A DNA stretch of 64,000 nt from Octopus sinensis (taxonomy: Eukaryota): assembly GCF_006345805.1 (NCBI RefSeq), contig NC_043002.1, positions 62,372,001 through 62,436,000 on the forward strand. The letters run 5' to 3'. The notes under the pieces were generated by a model. That model was not told where the DNA came from and did no database searches. It saw only the letters and a program-made list of their open reading frames with translations. Below are positions 23,816-36,422 of the stretch, one piece after another. The translations under genes were made by a program, and so were the position numbers. Position 1 is the stretch's first letter. Each line of letters starts with the position of its first letter.

Positions 23816-25743
23816 CATATCACGAAGGAAAATTCAGAGAAATTGGTGTTGTAAAAATATAATTATTAAATAAAATACTTAAATAGTCGGGTGGATTTCT
23901 TCTTTTGCTGATGAATAGCATAAGCGAAACTGTAAACCAATTGACTATGTAATTTTTTTATTTGATAAATATATATTTTCAGTTCCAAATTTCTTTGTAT
24001 TTTCAGTTTTCTTTTATTTTTTTTCACTACAACTCATCATATGGGTGAGTATGTGGGTATGTATATGTATGTATGTATATGTATGTATGTATGTATAGAT
24101 GAAATAATAGGCGTGTCCGTACATCGTTTAGTTTGTATTAATTGATATTGCTCAGTATGATTTCGTGATATATCTTTTTAAAATTAACTGAGAATAATTG
24201 AAATAAATCATGTGCTTAACTCATAACATGAAACAGAAATTATCATCCTGATTTTCAGCTGGTTTACTTTCAAATCAATTTTCTGCCTGAATATATGTTC
24301 TGAACTTACTACGAAACTGCCGCAACCGGCTTTTTTTGCAAAGAAGATTGTGTCACATCCTTTGACCACTGCCTCATCAATCAAGGCTTGGTATTTGTTT
24401 TAGTTCAGTTGCTCAGAATTGTCAAGCCTGTTCTCTGTAGGCGTTGTACGTTCAGGCATGATGCTCATTTTTTTCGGCCATTAATTCTGGTTCGAAATCC
24501 CAGCTAGGACAACTAAAACATTCATCCTCCCGGGGTCGATAAAATAAAGTACCAATCAAATGTCGATAAAATAAAGTACCAATCAAATGTTTTGAAGTAA
24601 TCGACTTATACCATACTTACATCAAAATGTCTGCCCCTGTGCCGAAATCTGAAATTAGTATTATCAATTTTCATGCTCCTTGCCATTAAAAGTAATTCTC
24701 TATATAATTCATTAGCATTGATTGTTTTTATCATTAAGACAACCCTCGCATTCATGACCACCACACATTTATTTTACAACGATTTTCTTATTCAACTCTG
24801 TCTTCTATAGTGTGATCCCCACCGCCAGATTGGTCACTATTTCACTGCCTTTCTACTTGATTCTAAGTTATTCTTTCTTCCTTTCTATTTATATATTCCC
24901 CATCTCTTCCGCAACTATCTAAGAATGTTAGACCGCACTCCTGCATTTTATTCTGCTAATGATGGATAGATTCTTTCGTCTTTACAAATGCGACCGAGAT
25001 ATTCTCCTCACGTTTAGAGACCTGATCAATCAAATTCACCGCCTCATTTAATCAAACCCACTCGTACACACACACACACATACACAGAGGCATATACGCA
25101 AACACACATACACACTAACACACACTCATACACAAACGTATACACGAGAAAAATTCTGCTTGCGCGTATACACACAGACACGGTGGACCACATTCTCAAG
25201 TACATGTCCTTAAACATACACATTCACAGGCACAGAAAGAAAGAACCACCTTCTTGTAACATCCCTCAAAACTACCTCCTTCTATCAAATAGGCCAATAT
25301 GTAACTGTCACACCAACACATGATTGCAATGTCTACTGCATACGCGCATACACACATAAACTTAACACACTTGTGTAAACATGGTTATACATATACATAG
25401 CCACACAAGTAGATGTATGTGTGTCTGTATACTCATATATGCTTTGCATACATGAATATATTTTTATATAAACGTAGTAAGGTAGACAAACACAGGGTGG
25501 AAATGTATAGGTTACATGGAGCACGAAATACGAAATTATAAAATGAACAAAAAATTCATCTGAAATCATACGCGGGCATTTGCCCCAGATGAAGTTGGGG
25601 TTTAAGTTCCCATCCATTTGGGCATGACTCTATGTAACCTATACTGAAGTGATGTGGCATTCATCCACTCAGTACACAAATGTATGAATATATCAAGGCA
25701 TACAAATGGGCACGCACGCACACACACACACACATATATGTAT

Positions 25744-25856
<113 letters not shown>

Positions 25857-25857
25857 A

Positions 25858-25916
25858 ATGGCGGTAATCCAGCATGGCCACAGCTCGTGAACTGAAACTA
25901 GATAAAATAGAAATAA

Positions 25917-25920
<4 letters not shown>
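25858..25920 (+). mobile_element. Isolated CR1-like 3' tail after (TA)n
   Basis: TGGCGGTAATCCAGCATGGCCACAGCTCGTGAACTGAAACTAGATAAAA. Confidence 0.7.
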
Positions 25921-25958
<38 letters not shown>

Positions 25959-25984
25959 TCTTTCATATATAAAAAATGCACAAT

Positions 25985-26560
25985 CGTACAAGAACGCAAA
26001 ACATCCAGACAGTTAGGGGATACAAAAAAGGGACAACAAAACATCCAGATAGACGATACATAAAACACAAGGACGGAAAAAACGGAGAATGCTACACAAA
26101 TACAAACAACAGGACATAATAACAGGTGTCTTTCGACTAACGACGAATTAAAATGAAGCTGGCGTGTGTGGAATTAAACCCTTACGGCAGGGATACAAGA
26201 TTTCACAGGCACAGGGAAGAATATAGATGTTGCACGTACAGCTGCCGAACCAAGAAAGAAAGGTTAGGCTTGGCCGAACACCGATCACGTGGGGAGAGAA
26301 GAGAGAGAAAAGCGGCAGAGAGACAGAAAAAATAAGCAGGGGCGAGAAAAAATGACAGGGACACAGTGAAGTGAAAAGAGGAGGGAAAGTGAGCATGAAG
26401 AGAAGGCAATAAAATGTGAGAGAGGGGAACGAAAGAACGAAGACGGGAATGAACGAAGAAAGCGTGAAAGGGCCGATAGAAAGAAGGAAAGAATAAAAGA
26501 ATAGTGTCGTACAACATTTACATAAATACATATTTACATATAAGAGACCAACGTGCACCT
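25985..26560 (-). mobile_element. Probable Penelope-like non-coding fragment; related copy at 27003-27335
   Basis: The copies align. The 25985 copy lacks ~125 bp between ACAAGGACGG and ACAAGACGG microhomologies. Confidence 0.55.
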
Positions 26561-26592
26561 ACGCCGCAATATGTTTTATATATAAACAATAT

Positions 26593-26990
26593 AGGCGCAG
26601 GAGTGGCTGTGTGGTAAGTAGCTTGCTAACCAACCACATGGTTCCGGGTTCAGTCCCACTGCGTGGCAACTTGGGCAAGTGTCTTCTACTATAGCCTCGG
26701 CCGACCAAAGCCTTGTGAGTGGATTTGGTAGGTGGAAACTGAAAGAAGCCCGTCGTATGTATATATATATATATATATGCTTGTGTGTGTTTGTGTGTCT
26801 GTGTTTGTCCCCCTAGCATTGTTTGACAACCGATGATGGTGTGTTTATGTCCCCGTTACCTAGCGCTTCGGCAAAAGACACCGATAGAATAAGTACTGGG
26901 CTTACAAAGAATACGTCCCGGGGTCGAGTTGCCCGATTAAAGGCGATGCTCCAGCATGGCCGCAGTCAAATGACTGAAACAAGTAAAAGA
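26593..26990 (+). mobile_element. Intact CORE-like SINE
   Basis: A-box TGGCTGTGTGG, B-box GGTTCAGTCC, core GTGGCAACTTGGGCAAGTGTC, internal (TA)/(TG) repeats and stem-loop tail. Confidence 0.92.
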
Positions 26991-27334
26991 GATACAAAAT
27001 GGTACAAGAACGCAAAACATTTAGATAATTAGGTGATACAAGAAAGGGACAACAAAACATCCAGATAGACGGTACAAAAAAACAAGGACGGGTCATTGCA
27101 ATTTCGGCTGGTTATACTCGAGATTGCTCCAGACTGGCTAGCTCCAAGGAAAAACTAATCTAACAGCATTAGATTCCTTGGAAGAAAGCAGCGAATGTAT
27201 ACGAAAACAAGACGGAAAAAACGGAGAAGGTTACACAAATACAAACAACAGGACATAACAACAGGTGTCTTTCGAATAAGGATGAATTAAATTAAGCTGG
27301 CGTATGGGGAAGTAAAGACTTACGGCAGGGATGC

Positions 27335-27776
27335 ACAGGTATGGCTATATGGTAAGAAGCTTGGTTCCCAACCACATGGTTCTGGGTTCATTCCCTGGCA
27401 CCTTGGGCAGTTGTCTTCCATTATGGTCTTGGGTCGACCGAAACCATCCGAGTAGACGGAAACTGAAAGAAGCCTGTCGTATATATATACATTTATACAT
27501 ATGTATATATATCTGTGTGTGTGTATGTATGTTTTCATGTGCTTATGTGTCGGTGTTTTTTCTCCCCAACCCCACCCCAACATCGCTTGATAACCGATGC
27601 TGGTGTGATTATCTCTCCCGTAACCTAGTGGTTCGGTAAAAGAGGCTGATAGAATTAGTACTTGACTTATATAGAATAAGTCTTGGGGCCGAGTTCTTCG
27701 GCTGAAACTCTTTAATGCAGTGCTCCAGCATGGCCGCCGTGAAATGTCTGAAAGAAGTAATAGAATAAAAGAATAT
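27335..27776 (+). mobile_element. CORE-like SINE
   Basis: Same architecture as 26593-26990 but more diverged. Confidence 0.85.
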
Positions 27777-27799
27777 TTGCATATATATATATACTCTAT

Positions 27800-27935
27800 G
27801 TGTTTATTTCGCTGTGTTCCTCTCTGTTGAAGAACGTAGGCTTGAAACGTAAAAGACTTTCACTTTTCCCAAGCGTCAAACTAATACACCTGCTTGTTGT
27901 TTATACACCTGTCTTTGTCTTTTGTTTTTCTGAAA
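27800..27935 (+). mobile_element. Penelope-like terminal fragment; related minus fragment at ~21130-21200
   Basis: CTGTTGAAGAACGTAGGCTTGAAACGTAAAAG and TTTATACACCTGTCTTTG are shared. Confidence 0.55.
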
Positions 27936-28372
27936 ATATTTATAACTATATATATAAGCGAGAAAAAGACAGTGAGAGTGAGAGAGTTAATCCTACTCTA
28001 AATAACATCTATGTAACATCTAAATTCCACAAAGGTGTCATTTAGATGTTACATATAATACACAGGTGAAGATCGAATAAGCATCTTTATTTCCTTCAGT
28101 CATTAAACTGTGGGAATTCTGGGGCATATATAACGAGCTTCTTTCAGTTTCCGCATTCGAGTAGGACAGCCCGAGGCAATAGCAGAAGGCACTTGTCCAA
28201 GGTGCAAGGTGTCATGCTGTGAGACCGAACTCGGAACCACGTGGTTGGGATGCAAATTTCTTACTACAGAGCTACGGAGCTTAATTCTCAGAATATAATT
28301 TTGAACGTACTGTGTTTGTTGCAACATATTCCTGTATTTTGTAGTTTTGCATATTTATATTTGCAATCCCAG

Positions 28373-28406
28373 CAAGGATGAGTGCCATTGCTGTCCATGT
28401 ACGCAG
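28373..28406 (+). CDS. Candidate 34-nt micro-exon (KDECHCCPCTQ or RMSAIAVHVR)
   Basis: tttatatttgcaatcccag acceptor and CAG|gtaaac donor in unique sequence. Confidence 0.25.
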
Positions 28407-29639
28407 GTAAACTCAATCCATTATATCTCTCCCACACGTGCAAGTTTAAGAATGTCTTCTTTCGATCTTAATCTGATCTACCGCTGCAAAATATATGCTT
28501 GTAAAACTTGGCCTTTTGCCTGGTCAAAATTAAATCGATGCCTCAAGAATGTGACATATAGCTTTTATTTCAGATAAAAGTTTTCTGAGCGAATGGAAAA
28601 CAAAATGCACAATAACAACAAAAACAACTACAAGAAGAATAGAATAGCATCAGTATCGAGATAAATATCATGATACCGTTCACACAATAAATGTGTTTAT
28701 CAGATGACCTACAAGAGAAGAGAACGTTACAGTGTTTGAAGGTTATGGAGTGAAACCACGACCAAATCAGTTTGATAAATGTAACCGGATGAACCTCGCA
28801 CAAGATTTAATTATCTGCGTAATATCTTGCACTACTGTCAGAAATTTCACAATGTTCGCATGCAATCTTCCTAATTATTTTTGTTTTCTTTACCTCTCCG
28901 TACTTTCTGTGTATGTATATGCATTTGTGCGTGTATATATGTGTATGCATGTGCGTGCGGATATATACAAGTCGATAAAATAGATTAGCAGACAACCAAC
29001 TGAGTCGTTAGAGGTTCTTCAACTCCGTCGCTAATTATCTTATCGAAACCATATTTCATTCAAAAATTTGGCATAAATACTTCCTGTCCATAGAATAGTT
29101 CCTATATCCACTAACACAATGCTTCGCTGTTAAGACCAACGATTATGAAATATCTCAGTGTATATAATTATATTACAGGTATCGCAGTGTATGAATAACT
29201 TATCTTATTGTGCTCGCATTATCTTACTTAAACTTGAATTCACGCTATTCAAGTCAAACTTAAGTTGGTACTGACAATGGCAATCGATGGTTAAACACTA
29301 TATGTTTAGTTTTACCATTTGTGCTCCATGACCAAATGCAGTATGGATGTTATGGACACATGATACTGACGGGTTTTCCGTGTGCTTCTCTAGATCTATG
29401 AGTCTGAATATTATTGTGCATGTGTGTGTGTTTGTGATTCTACGTGTATGTCTGTAAGGGTGTGTATAAGTTTGGTTGTGTTTGTGTATAATTGTGTGTT
29501 TAACTGCTACTAAGTATATACATTATTCCTATCTTGTAGTGTGCTGCTGCTGTGTGTGTATGTGCATACGGTTATTTTGTGTATATTTCTAATAGACACA
29601 TAGAAGTGTTGTGTTTTTCTTATACCCAATACAATAGAT

Positions 29640-31208
29640 CAGTGGTGTTCAAACTTTTCAAAAGATATTACATGTCAGTTCAGTCCCGTTACAGCTTTTT
29701 CGACAATTCACGGTCCCCTATAAAATGCAGGATAAACAACATGGAACAAAAAAATGAAATACTTTCGTGTACCGTAATTTCCGGACTATAAACCGCACTG
29801 CCCATAGACCTACAGACCCGAAAACCACAACTTAAACCAGGAAATGCCCATTAGGATACAATAAAAGCACATGAAATTATAGGGAATCAGCTGATTAAAT
29901 TGGTAACAAAACAATGAGAAGAGAAGATGCTGGCAGCACATGCACGATTAACCATTATACACGCATATTTTCTTTGGTCAGTCTCACTTGTTGTACAGCA
30001 ACTGTGATTAGCAAATGAGTGCGTTGTAGTGGCATGGGTTTTTGAGGCCAACGACGAAAAAGGATGATAGAAAGCTAAAAAGGATGATAGAAACTCGGCG
30101 TCGAGTTGGTAGAAACGTTAGCACGCCGGGCGAAATACTTTGTGGTATTTCGTCCGCCGCTGCGTTCTGAGTTCAAATTCCGCCGAGGTCGACGTTGCCT
30201 TTCATCCTTTCGGGGTCGATAAATTAAGTACCAGTTACGCACTGGATCGATGTATTTGAATTAATCCGTTCGTCTGTCCTTGTTTGTTTCCTCTGTGTGT
30301 AGCCCATTGGGGGCAGAAAGAAAATAGGTATTTCGTCTGCCGCTACGTTCTGAGTTCAAATTTCGCCGAGGTCGACGTTGCCTTTCATTCTTTCGGGGTC
30401 GATTAAATAAGTACCAATTACGCACTAGGGTCGATGTAATCAACTTAATGCGTTTGTCTGCCCTTGTTTGTCCCCTCTGTGTTTAGCTCATTGTGGGTGG
30501 TAAAGAAATAGGTATTTCGTCCGCCGCTGCGTTCTGAGTTCAAATTCCGCCGAGGTCGACGTTGCCTTTCATCCTTTCGGGGTCGATAAATTAAGTACCA
30601 GTTACGCACTGGATCGATGTATTTGAATTAATCCGTTCGTCTGTCCTTGTTTGTTTCCTCTGTGTGTAGCCCATTGGGGGCAGAAAGAAAATAGGTATTT
30701 CGTCTGCCGCTACGTTCTGAGTTCAAATTTCGCCGAGGTCGACGTTGCCTTTCATTCTTTCGGGGTCGATTAAATAAGTACCAATTACGCACTAGGGTCG
30801 ATGTAATCAACTTAATGCGTTTGTCTGCCCTTGTTTGTCCCCTCTGTGTTTAGCTCATTGTGGGTGGTAAAGAAATAGGTATTTCGTCTGCCGCTACGTT
30901 CTGAGTTCAAATTCCGCCGAGGTCGACGTTGCCTTTCATCCTTTCGGGGTCGATTAAATACGTACCAGTTACGCACTGAGGTCGATGTAATCGACTTAAT
31001 GCGTTTGTCTGTCCTTGTTTGTCCCATCTGCGTTTAGACCGTTGTGGGCAAAAAGAAATAAGAAAGCTAAAAATTGAAAGCCTTAAAAGTTAAAACTTAA
31101 TTGTCTCAAATCACCTCGTTTACACGATAATTCAGCCTTCTTTTGTGTTCCCCTAAAATCTTTTCGCAGTTGTCTAGGGGACTGCGGTTCCCAGTTTGAG
31201 AACCACTG
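29640..31208. mobile_element. Non-autonomous hAT (Charlie-like) element containing a SINE array
   Basis: TIRs CAGTGGTGTTCAAACT and AGTTTGAGAACCACTG. The 8-bp TSD is CAATAGAT/CTATAGAT (7/8 match). Confidence 0.8.
30098..31062 (+). mobile_element. Nin/Deu-like SINE concatemer: one head plus five ~183-bp bodies (A-B-A-B-C)
   Basis: A 367-bp dimer is repeated apparently identically (identical ORFs at 30261 and 30628). AGAAAGCTAAAA flanks both sides. Confidence 0.9.
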
Positions 31209-31264
31209 CTATAGATAACCTATATGGTCGCAAACATTTACTATATGTAGTAAATTTCGTCATT

Positions 31265-31790
31265 CTTTTATTTGTTTCAGTCATTTGACTACGACCATGA
31301 TAGAGCACTGCCTTTAGTCGAAAAAATCGACCTCAAGACTTAATCTGTGTAAGCCGAACACTTATTCCATCGGCCTTTCTTGCTGAAAGACTAAGATGCG
31401 GCGACGTAAACACACAAGTATCGGTTTCTAGCGATGGTAGGGCGACCAACACAGACACAAACATACATACATATATATATATATATACATTATATATATA
31501 TATATATATATAATATATATATAATTATATAGAAGGAGCTTCTACAGGACTAGAACTGTTTCATTCAAAAGAAATCATCAAGTGTTTAGACGCCGTAAAA
31601 TTGATATATATCAATTGTATATATATATACAACGGGCTTCTTTCAGTTTCCATCTACCAAATCCACTCACAACGCTTTGGTTGGCCCAAGGCTAGAGTAG
31701 AAGACACTTGCCCAAGGTATCGTGCAGTGGGGTAAAGTCCGAAACTACGTGCTCACAAAGCGAGCTTCTTAACCTGACATCCATGCCATC
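31265..31790 (-). mobile_element. CORE-like SINE interrupted by (TA)n and a short insert
   Basis: Tail at 31265-31320, core CACTTGCCCAAGGT at ~31707. Confidence 0.8.
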
Positions 31791-32568
31791 GTCTTTATAA
31801 GATATTATTGCTGCAGAAATTGCAAAGATTTCCAGATTCTTTTCAATGATAAATTATTTCTCAGAATTCAATCATACGTAAGTCCTATATTTTTAAAACA
31901 AACTTGGCTACAACCGCACCAAGTCTAACGAGACCTCTTTAATTTGAAATTGATGTAATTCTTTTGTTATAAACGAACGTTCTCTTCAAATGTAATAACA
32001 TGTGCAGAAACATTTAATTCCTTATTTCTCTATGAGCTATTAAATTTTAACCGTGCATTCATGACACAAAGTTATACATCAATATAGGCCAGTGATATAT
32101 TGTCGTGATTGGCTGAAATATAAATTATATGATTTGCGAGAAATATATCAATTTTACGGCGTCTAAACACTTGAAATTTAATAAATTTTGCGATCGGACT
32201 GAGCCACTAAGTTCCATTGCTATAACCAAGTGAATGTGTTCTAGGAGATTGTCTGCTGTTCATTTTATTGATCTGAAGAAACGCGATTGGTTAGTGGTGA
32301 ATAGAGACAACATAAATGTGAACTAAAGTGTGCAATGAGTTTTTTCTTCGTTTCAACAATCTTGTTAACATCACGTGAATGCACACGGCCGCACACACAC
32401 ATATGTATACATGTGTATATACATTCACGCATACGTAAATGCATAGTATGTATACACGCAATTGAGTGCGACACAGATTTATCGCTATAGATTTCAACAG
32501 ATATATTGTTGTGTGCGTGTGTGTATATTTCTGCATATGTATGTATGATTCATAGAAACGCACACACA

Positions 32569-32601
<33 letters not shown>

Positions 32602-32626
32602 ATATATATCTATATATATATATATA

Positions 32627-34283
32627 GTCCTGTCCATGTTTATTGTATCGTTTCTATGAGTTATACGTTCTTGTCCATGTTGTATTTTTCTACATAACCT
32701 TAACATATATCCAGGCACCCCGTACCCCCTTTATCATTAATGTGAACACATTTCTTAATAATTGGTACGACTCTCTGTTTGTCTCTCTCTCTCCTCATTT
32801 TTACTTTCTCTCTATTCATCTTCTCTTTCCTCGATCTTTGGTCTAGTCTTCCACTACCCTCCTATTTCTTCGTCTCGCTCTGCACTCACAGGTCATCTTC
32901 GACACCCATCCCTTCTCCTCTCTGATTCCTTCTTTCTCTCTCTTCTCTCTCTTTGTTGCGTTTTGTCCCCCTTTTCTCTCTCTCTCTCTCTTCCTTTGCT
33001 TCTCTCTTTTCCCTCTCTGTCACGTGACTGTTGCCGAATCTGCCTTCATTCAGCTCCTGACCCTCGTCGTGTTAACATCGTTGTTCTTCGTCCGCCGCTA
33101 TAAAGGCTTTTCCAATGCGCCAGAGAAAAAATTTGTTTGCTTGTTATCAGTCGTAAGACACTTGTTGTTTTCACCGTTAATGCTTCTGTATTTCATGTTT
33201 CTGTATTCCATTCGGTTTTTGTTTTGTTTTTTTTTTTAATATCTGTCCCTTTTGCTTGTCCTGGTGTTCGTATGCATTCGATCCTTCTTCCAGGAAATCT
33301 ACGCTTCCAGCTTAGTTTTTCTTGGAGGGCTGGCCGTGATCTAGTAATCTCAAGATAATCAGCCGAAATTACTACGATGATCCGGTTCTTGACTGAAGAC
33401 TGAGGGGTTCGAATGTCCTGTCCATGTTATTGTATCGTCTTCTATGAGTTATACGTTCTTGTCCATGTTGTATTTTTTACATACCTTAACATATATTCCA
33501 GGCGCCCCGTACCCCTTTATCATTAATGTGAACACATATTCTTAATAATTGGTACGACTCTCTGTTTGTCTCTCTCTCTCTCTCATTTTTACTTCTCTCT
33601 ATTCATCTTCTCTTTCCTCTGATCCTTTGGTCTAGTCTTCCACTACCCTCCTATTTCTTTGTCTCGCTCTGCACTCACAGGTCATTCTTCGACACCCATC
33701 CCTTCTCCTCTCTGATTCCTTCTTTCTCTCTCTTCTCTCTCTTTGTTGCGTTTTGTCCCCCTTTTCTCTCTCTCTCTTCCTTTGCTTCTCTTCTTTTCTT
33801 TTCCCTCTTCTCTGTCACGTGAATGTTGGCCGAAATCTGCCTTTCAGCTCCTGACCCTCGTCGTGGTTACATCGTTGTTCTTCGTCCGCCGCTATAAAGG
33901 CTTTTCCAATGCGCCAGAGAAAAAATTTGTTTGCTTGTTATCAGTCGTAAGACACTTGTTGTTTTCACCGTTAATGCTTCTGTATTTCATGTTTCTGTAT
34001 TCCATATTGGTTGTTGTTTTGTTTTTTTTTTTATATCTGTCCCTTTTGCTGTCCTGGTGTTCGTATGCATTCGATCCTTCTTCCAGGAAATCTACGCTTC
34101 CAGCTTAGTTTTTCTTGGAGGGCTGGCCGTGATCTAGTAATCTCAAGATTAATCAGCCGAAATTACTACGATGATCCGGTTCTTGACTGAAGACTGAGGG
34201 GTTCGAATGTCCTGTCCATGTTTATTGTATCGTCTTCTATGAGTTATACGTTCTTGTCCATGTTGTATTTTTCTACATACCTT
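32627..34283 (+). repeat. Head-to-tail tandem of a ~790-bp non-coding, probably Penelope-related unit (2 units plus ~75-bp partial)
   Basis: Units start GTCCTGTCCATG at 32627, 33415 and 34209 and differ mostly by small indels. Confidence 0.85.
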
Positions 34284-34331
34284 AATATATATATATATAT
34301 ATATATACGCATGTATTTATGTATGTATGTA

Positions 34332-34565
34332 TTTCTTTATTGCCCACAAGGGGCTAAACATAGGGGGGGGGGACAAACAAGGACAGACAAACGGATTAAG
34401 TCGATTACATCGACCCCAGTGCGTAACTGGTACTTAATTTATCGACCCCGAAAGCATGAAAGGCACAGTCGACCTCGACGGAATTTGAACTCATAACCTT
34501 ACGGCAGACGAAATACAGCTATGCATTTCGCCCGGCCTTCTAACGATTCTACCAGCTCGCCGCCT
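34332..34565 (-). mobile_element. Nin/Deu-like SINE
   Basis: Full head and body on the minus strand. Confidence 0.88.
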
Positions 34566-35849
34566 ATATGTATGTATGTATGCATGAATGCATGCATGCA
34601 ATCGTGAATACCCAAACGCATATCTATGTCAAAAATGAAAGAGAACGGTTAGACCTGCGCCAAGCATCTTTTGCGAAGAATTCGAAAATATAAATTTGTG
34701 TCTAGTTGATCTTAAAGATCAATCTAATACTATCAACAGTGAGTCACGTCTGTCAGCCATCGCCTTTATATATTGCGGTAGAAATTTATTCAATGAGTTT
34801 GGTAAGCTCTCACACATTAGAAAATGACAGACGTTGCAGTGTAGCGCATTAATATGAAATTGTGTTTCCAATTATGGATAGGATAAAAAGTTTTGGGAAT
34901 CATTTGTAACATCAACACTTTCATTTGTAATATCAACACTTATGTCTAGGAAGAATTTACCACCGTTTCAAATCAAGAAGAACATCAGAGGAAGTAGGAC
35001 CATGAGTAGGATAATCTTCTACGACAAGATAGCAGGGCCACATTAGGAAAGTGCGTTCTGAATTCTCTAAAAACATTGCTTCATGTTTACGTACTTACGT
35101 TTCATTATAACGTAAGGGAAAACATTTTAGAGGTCTAATGGTATGTGGTAAATCAACGTAAGGTTTGTATAATAAACGTTGTTAGGAAAAATATTTTGAA
35201 TTAAGAAAGACTAAGCAAATATTGCAAAGGAACAATAAATTACCAAACTCATTGAATAAATTCAAACTGTTAGAATCTTCTTGAACTATTGCAGATTTCA
35301 CCCTAAATATAATTCTTTATGGGTGTCCTGCGTGAGAGGAAAAATCACTCCAATTTGGCCTCGTTTGACGTTGTCCCTGACGTGTACTTGTAGCCAACCA
35401 CATGCTGAGGTTAGATGTGTCGCCTCCGATATGGGAAGTTATGAATAATATACTTACTGACCTTGAAATAAACGTCAATGTGAAGAAAATCCAGAGTAGA
35501 CAATTTAAATGGTTGTCAGTTAAAACAGCGAATTGTATTATCAATAGAAGACACCTAATTAATATGAGCTCTACTTCAATAAACGCTCTGGCAATCATAT
35601 GATTTTTTAACATGATTTTATGGAAAAATATATCACGTAAAATTTCTTATTACCACCAGGGAACAATTAAGTATTAAGCGAACCGGTTTCAATATGAATA
35701 TATCGTACATAGCAAATACACCACGCAGGAGAACTAATAAGAAAGGAAATCGACCTGGCAGTAATCATTCGAGTTACTATAAAATTGCTAATCCACTAAC
35801 GGGAATTTTCATCTTATCTTTTAATATGCTGTTTTCCTCCTCATCACAG

Positions 35850-35890
35850 GTACAACGACATTTTCAATACCTAAAGGATAAAAGAAAACG
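35850..35890 (+). CDS. Candidate 41-nt exon (VQRHFQYLKDKRKR)
   Basis: Strong acceptor ctgttttcctcctcatcacag and donor CG|gtatga. Only phase 0 is open. Confidence 0.35.
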
Positions 35891-36169
35891 GTATGATAGA
35901 TTCGATTTGAACAGAGGACTTTAAGTGCTAGAAGAAATTATTTCTTACTACAATCTGACCTCTTTCCAACGCTTTCTAACAACTGTTCGAACCTTGTGTG
36001 TGTCTGTGTATGCACATATCTATCTATATGAAAATGAATATATATATATATGGATATACATTGTAAATAATATTAAAGCAATTCGGTATTGAGAATTACA
36101 TCTTATTCGCAAGAATCGACACCAGTACTTGTTGTTTTAAAGCCGCCTGCATATTCTCCTTGCCTACTC

Positions 36170-36387
36170 TTCTGCCGAACCTCTGTGTCAGAGTGACATG
36201 AACAAACACACACCGGGTGTCAAGTGTTAATAGAGGACAAGGACAACTACGCACGTATACAAATCCACTCAAAAGGCTTCTAACGGGCAGGGTCTATACT
36301 AGAAGAACTTGCTCAAGGTAACACACCGTGTTGCAGAACGTGGAACTATGTTGTTAAGAAGCAAACTTCTTACCAAGCAGCCACACC

Positions 36388-36390
<3 letters not shown>
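36170..36390 (-). mobile_element. Degenerate CORE-like SINE
   Basis: CTTGCTCAAGGT core and AAGCAAACTTCTTACCAAGCAGCCACACCTGCG head complement. Confidence 0.65.

Positions 36391-36422
<32 letters not shown>

Noticed and set aside
24290-24480. Additional maT-like transposase relic
   Set aside because: Only a faint SFRSKF..IQAE resemblance and no TIRs found.
28373-28406. Fucosyltransferase HVRR motif, or AMOP-domain CPC motif
   Set aside because: Only 4-5 residues match and no supporting adjacent exons were found.
30098-31062. Regular repeat array that might be taken for CRISPR
   Set aside because: The units are contiguous ~183-bp SINE bodies with no unique spacers, there are no cas genes, and the context is eukaryotic.
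33392-33420. Functional hammerhead at CTGAAGACTGAGGGGTTCGAATGTC (also 23570 and 27826)
   Set aside because: GAAA is incomplete or the core is altered, and stems I/II do not pair. Kept only as degenerate hints.
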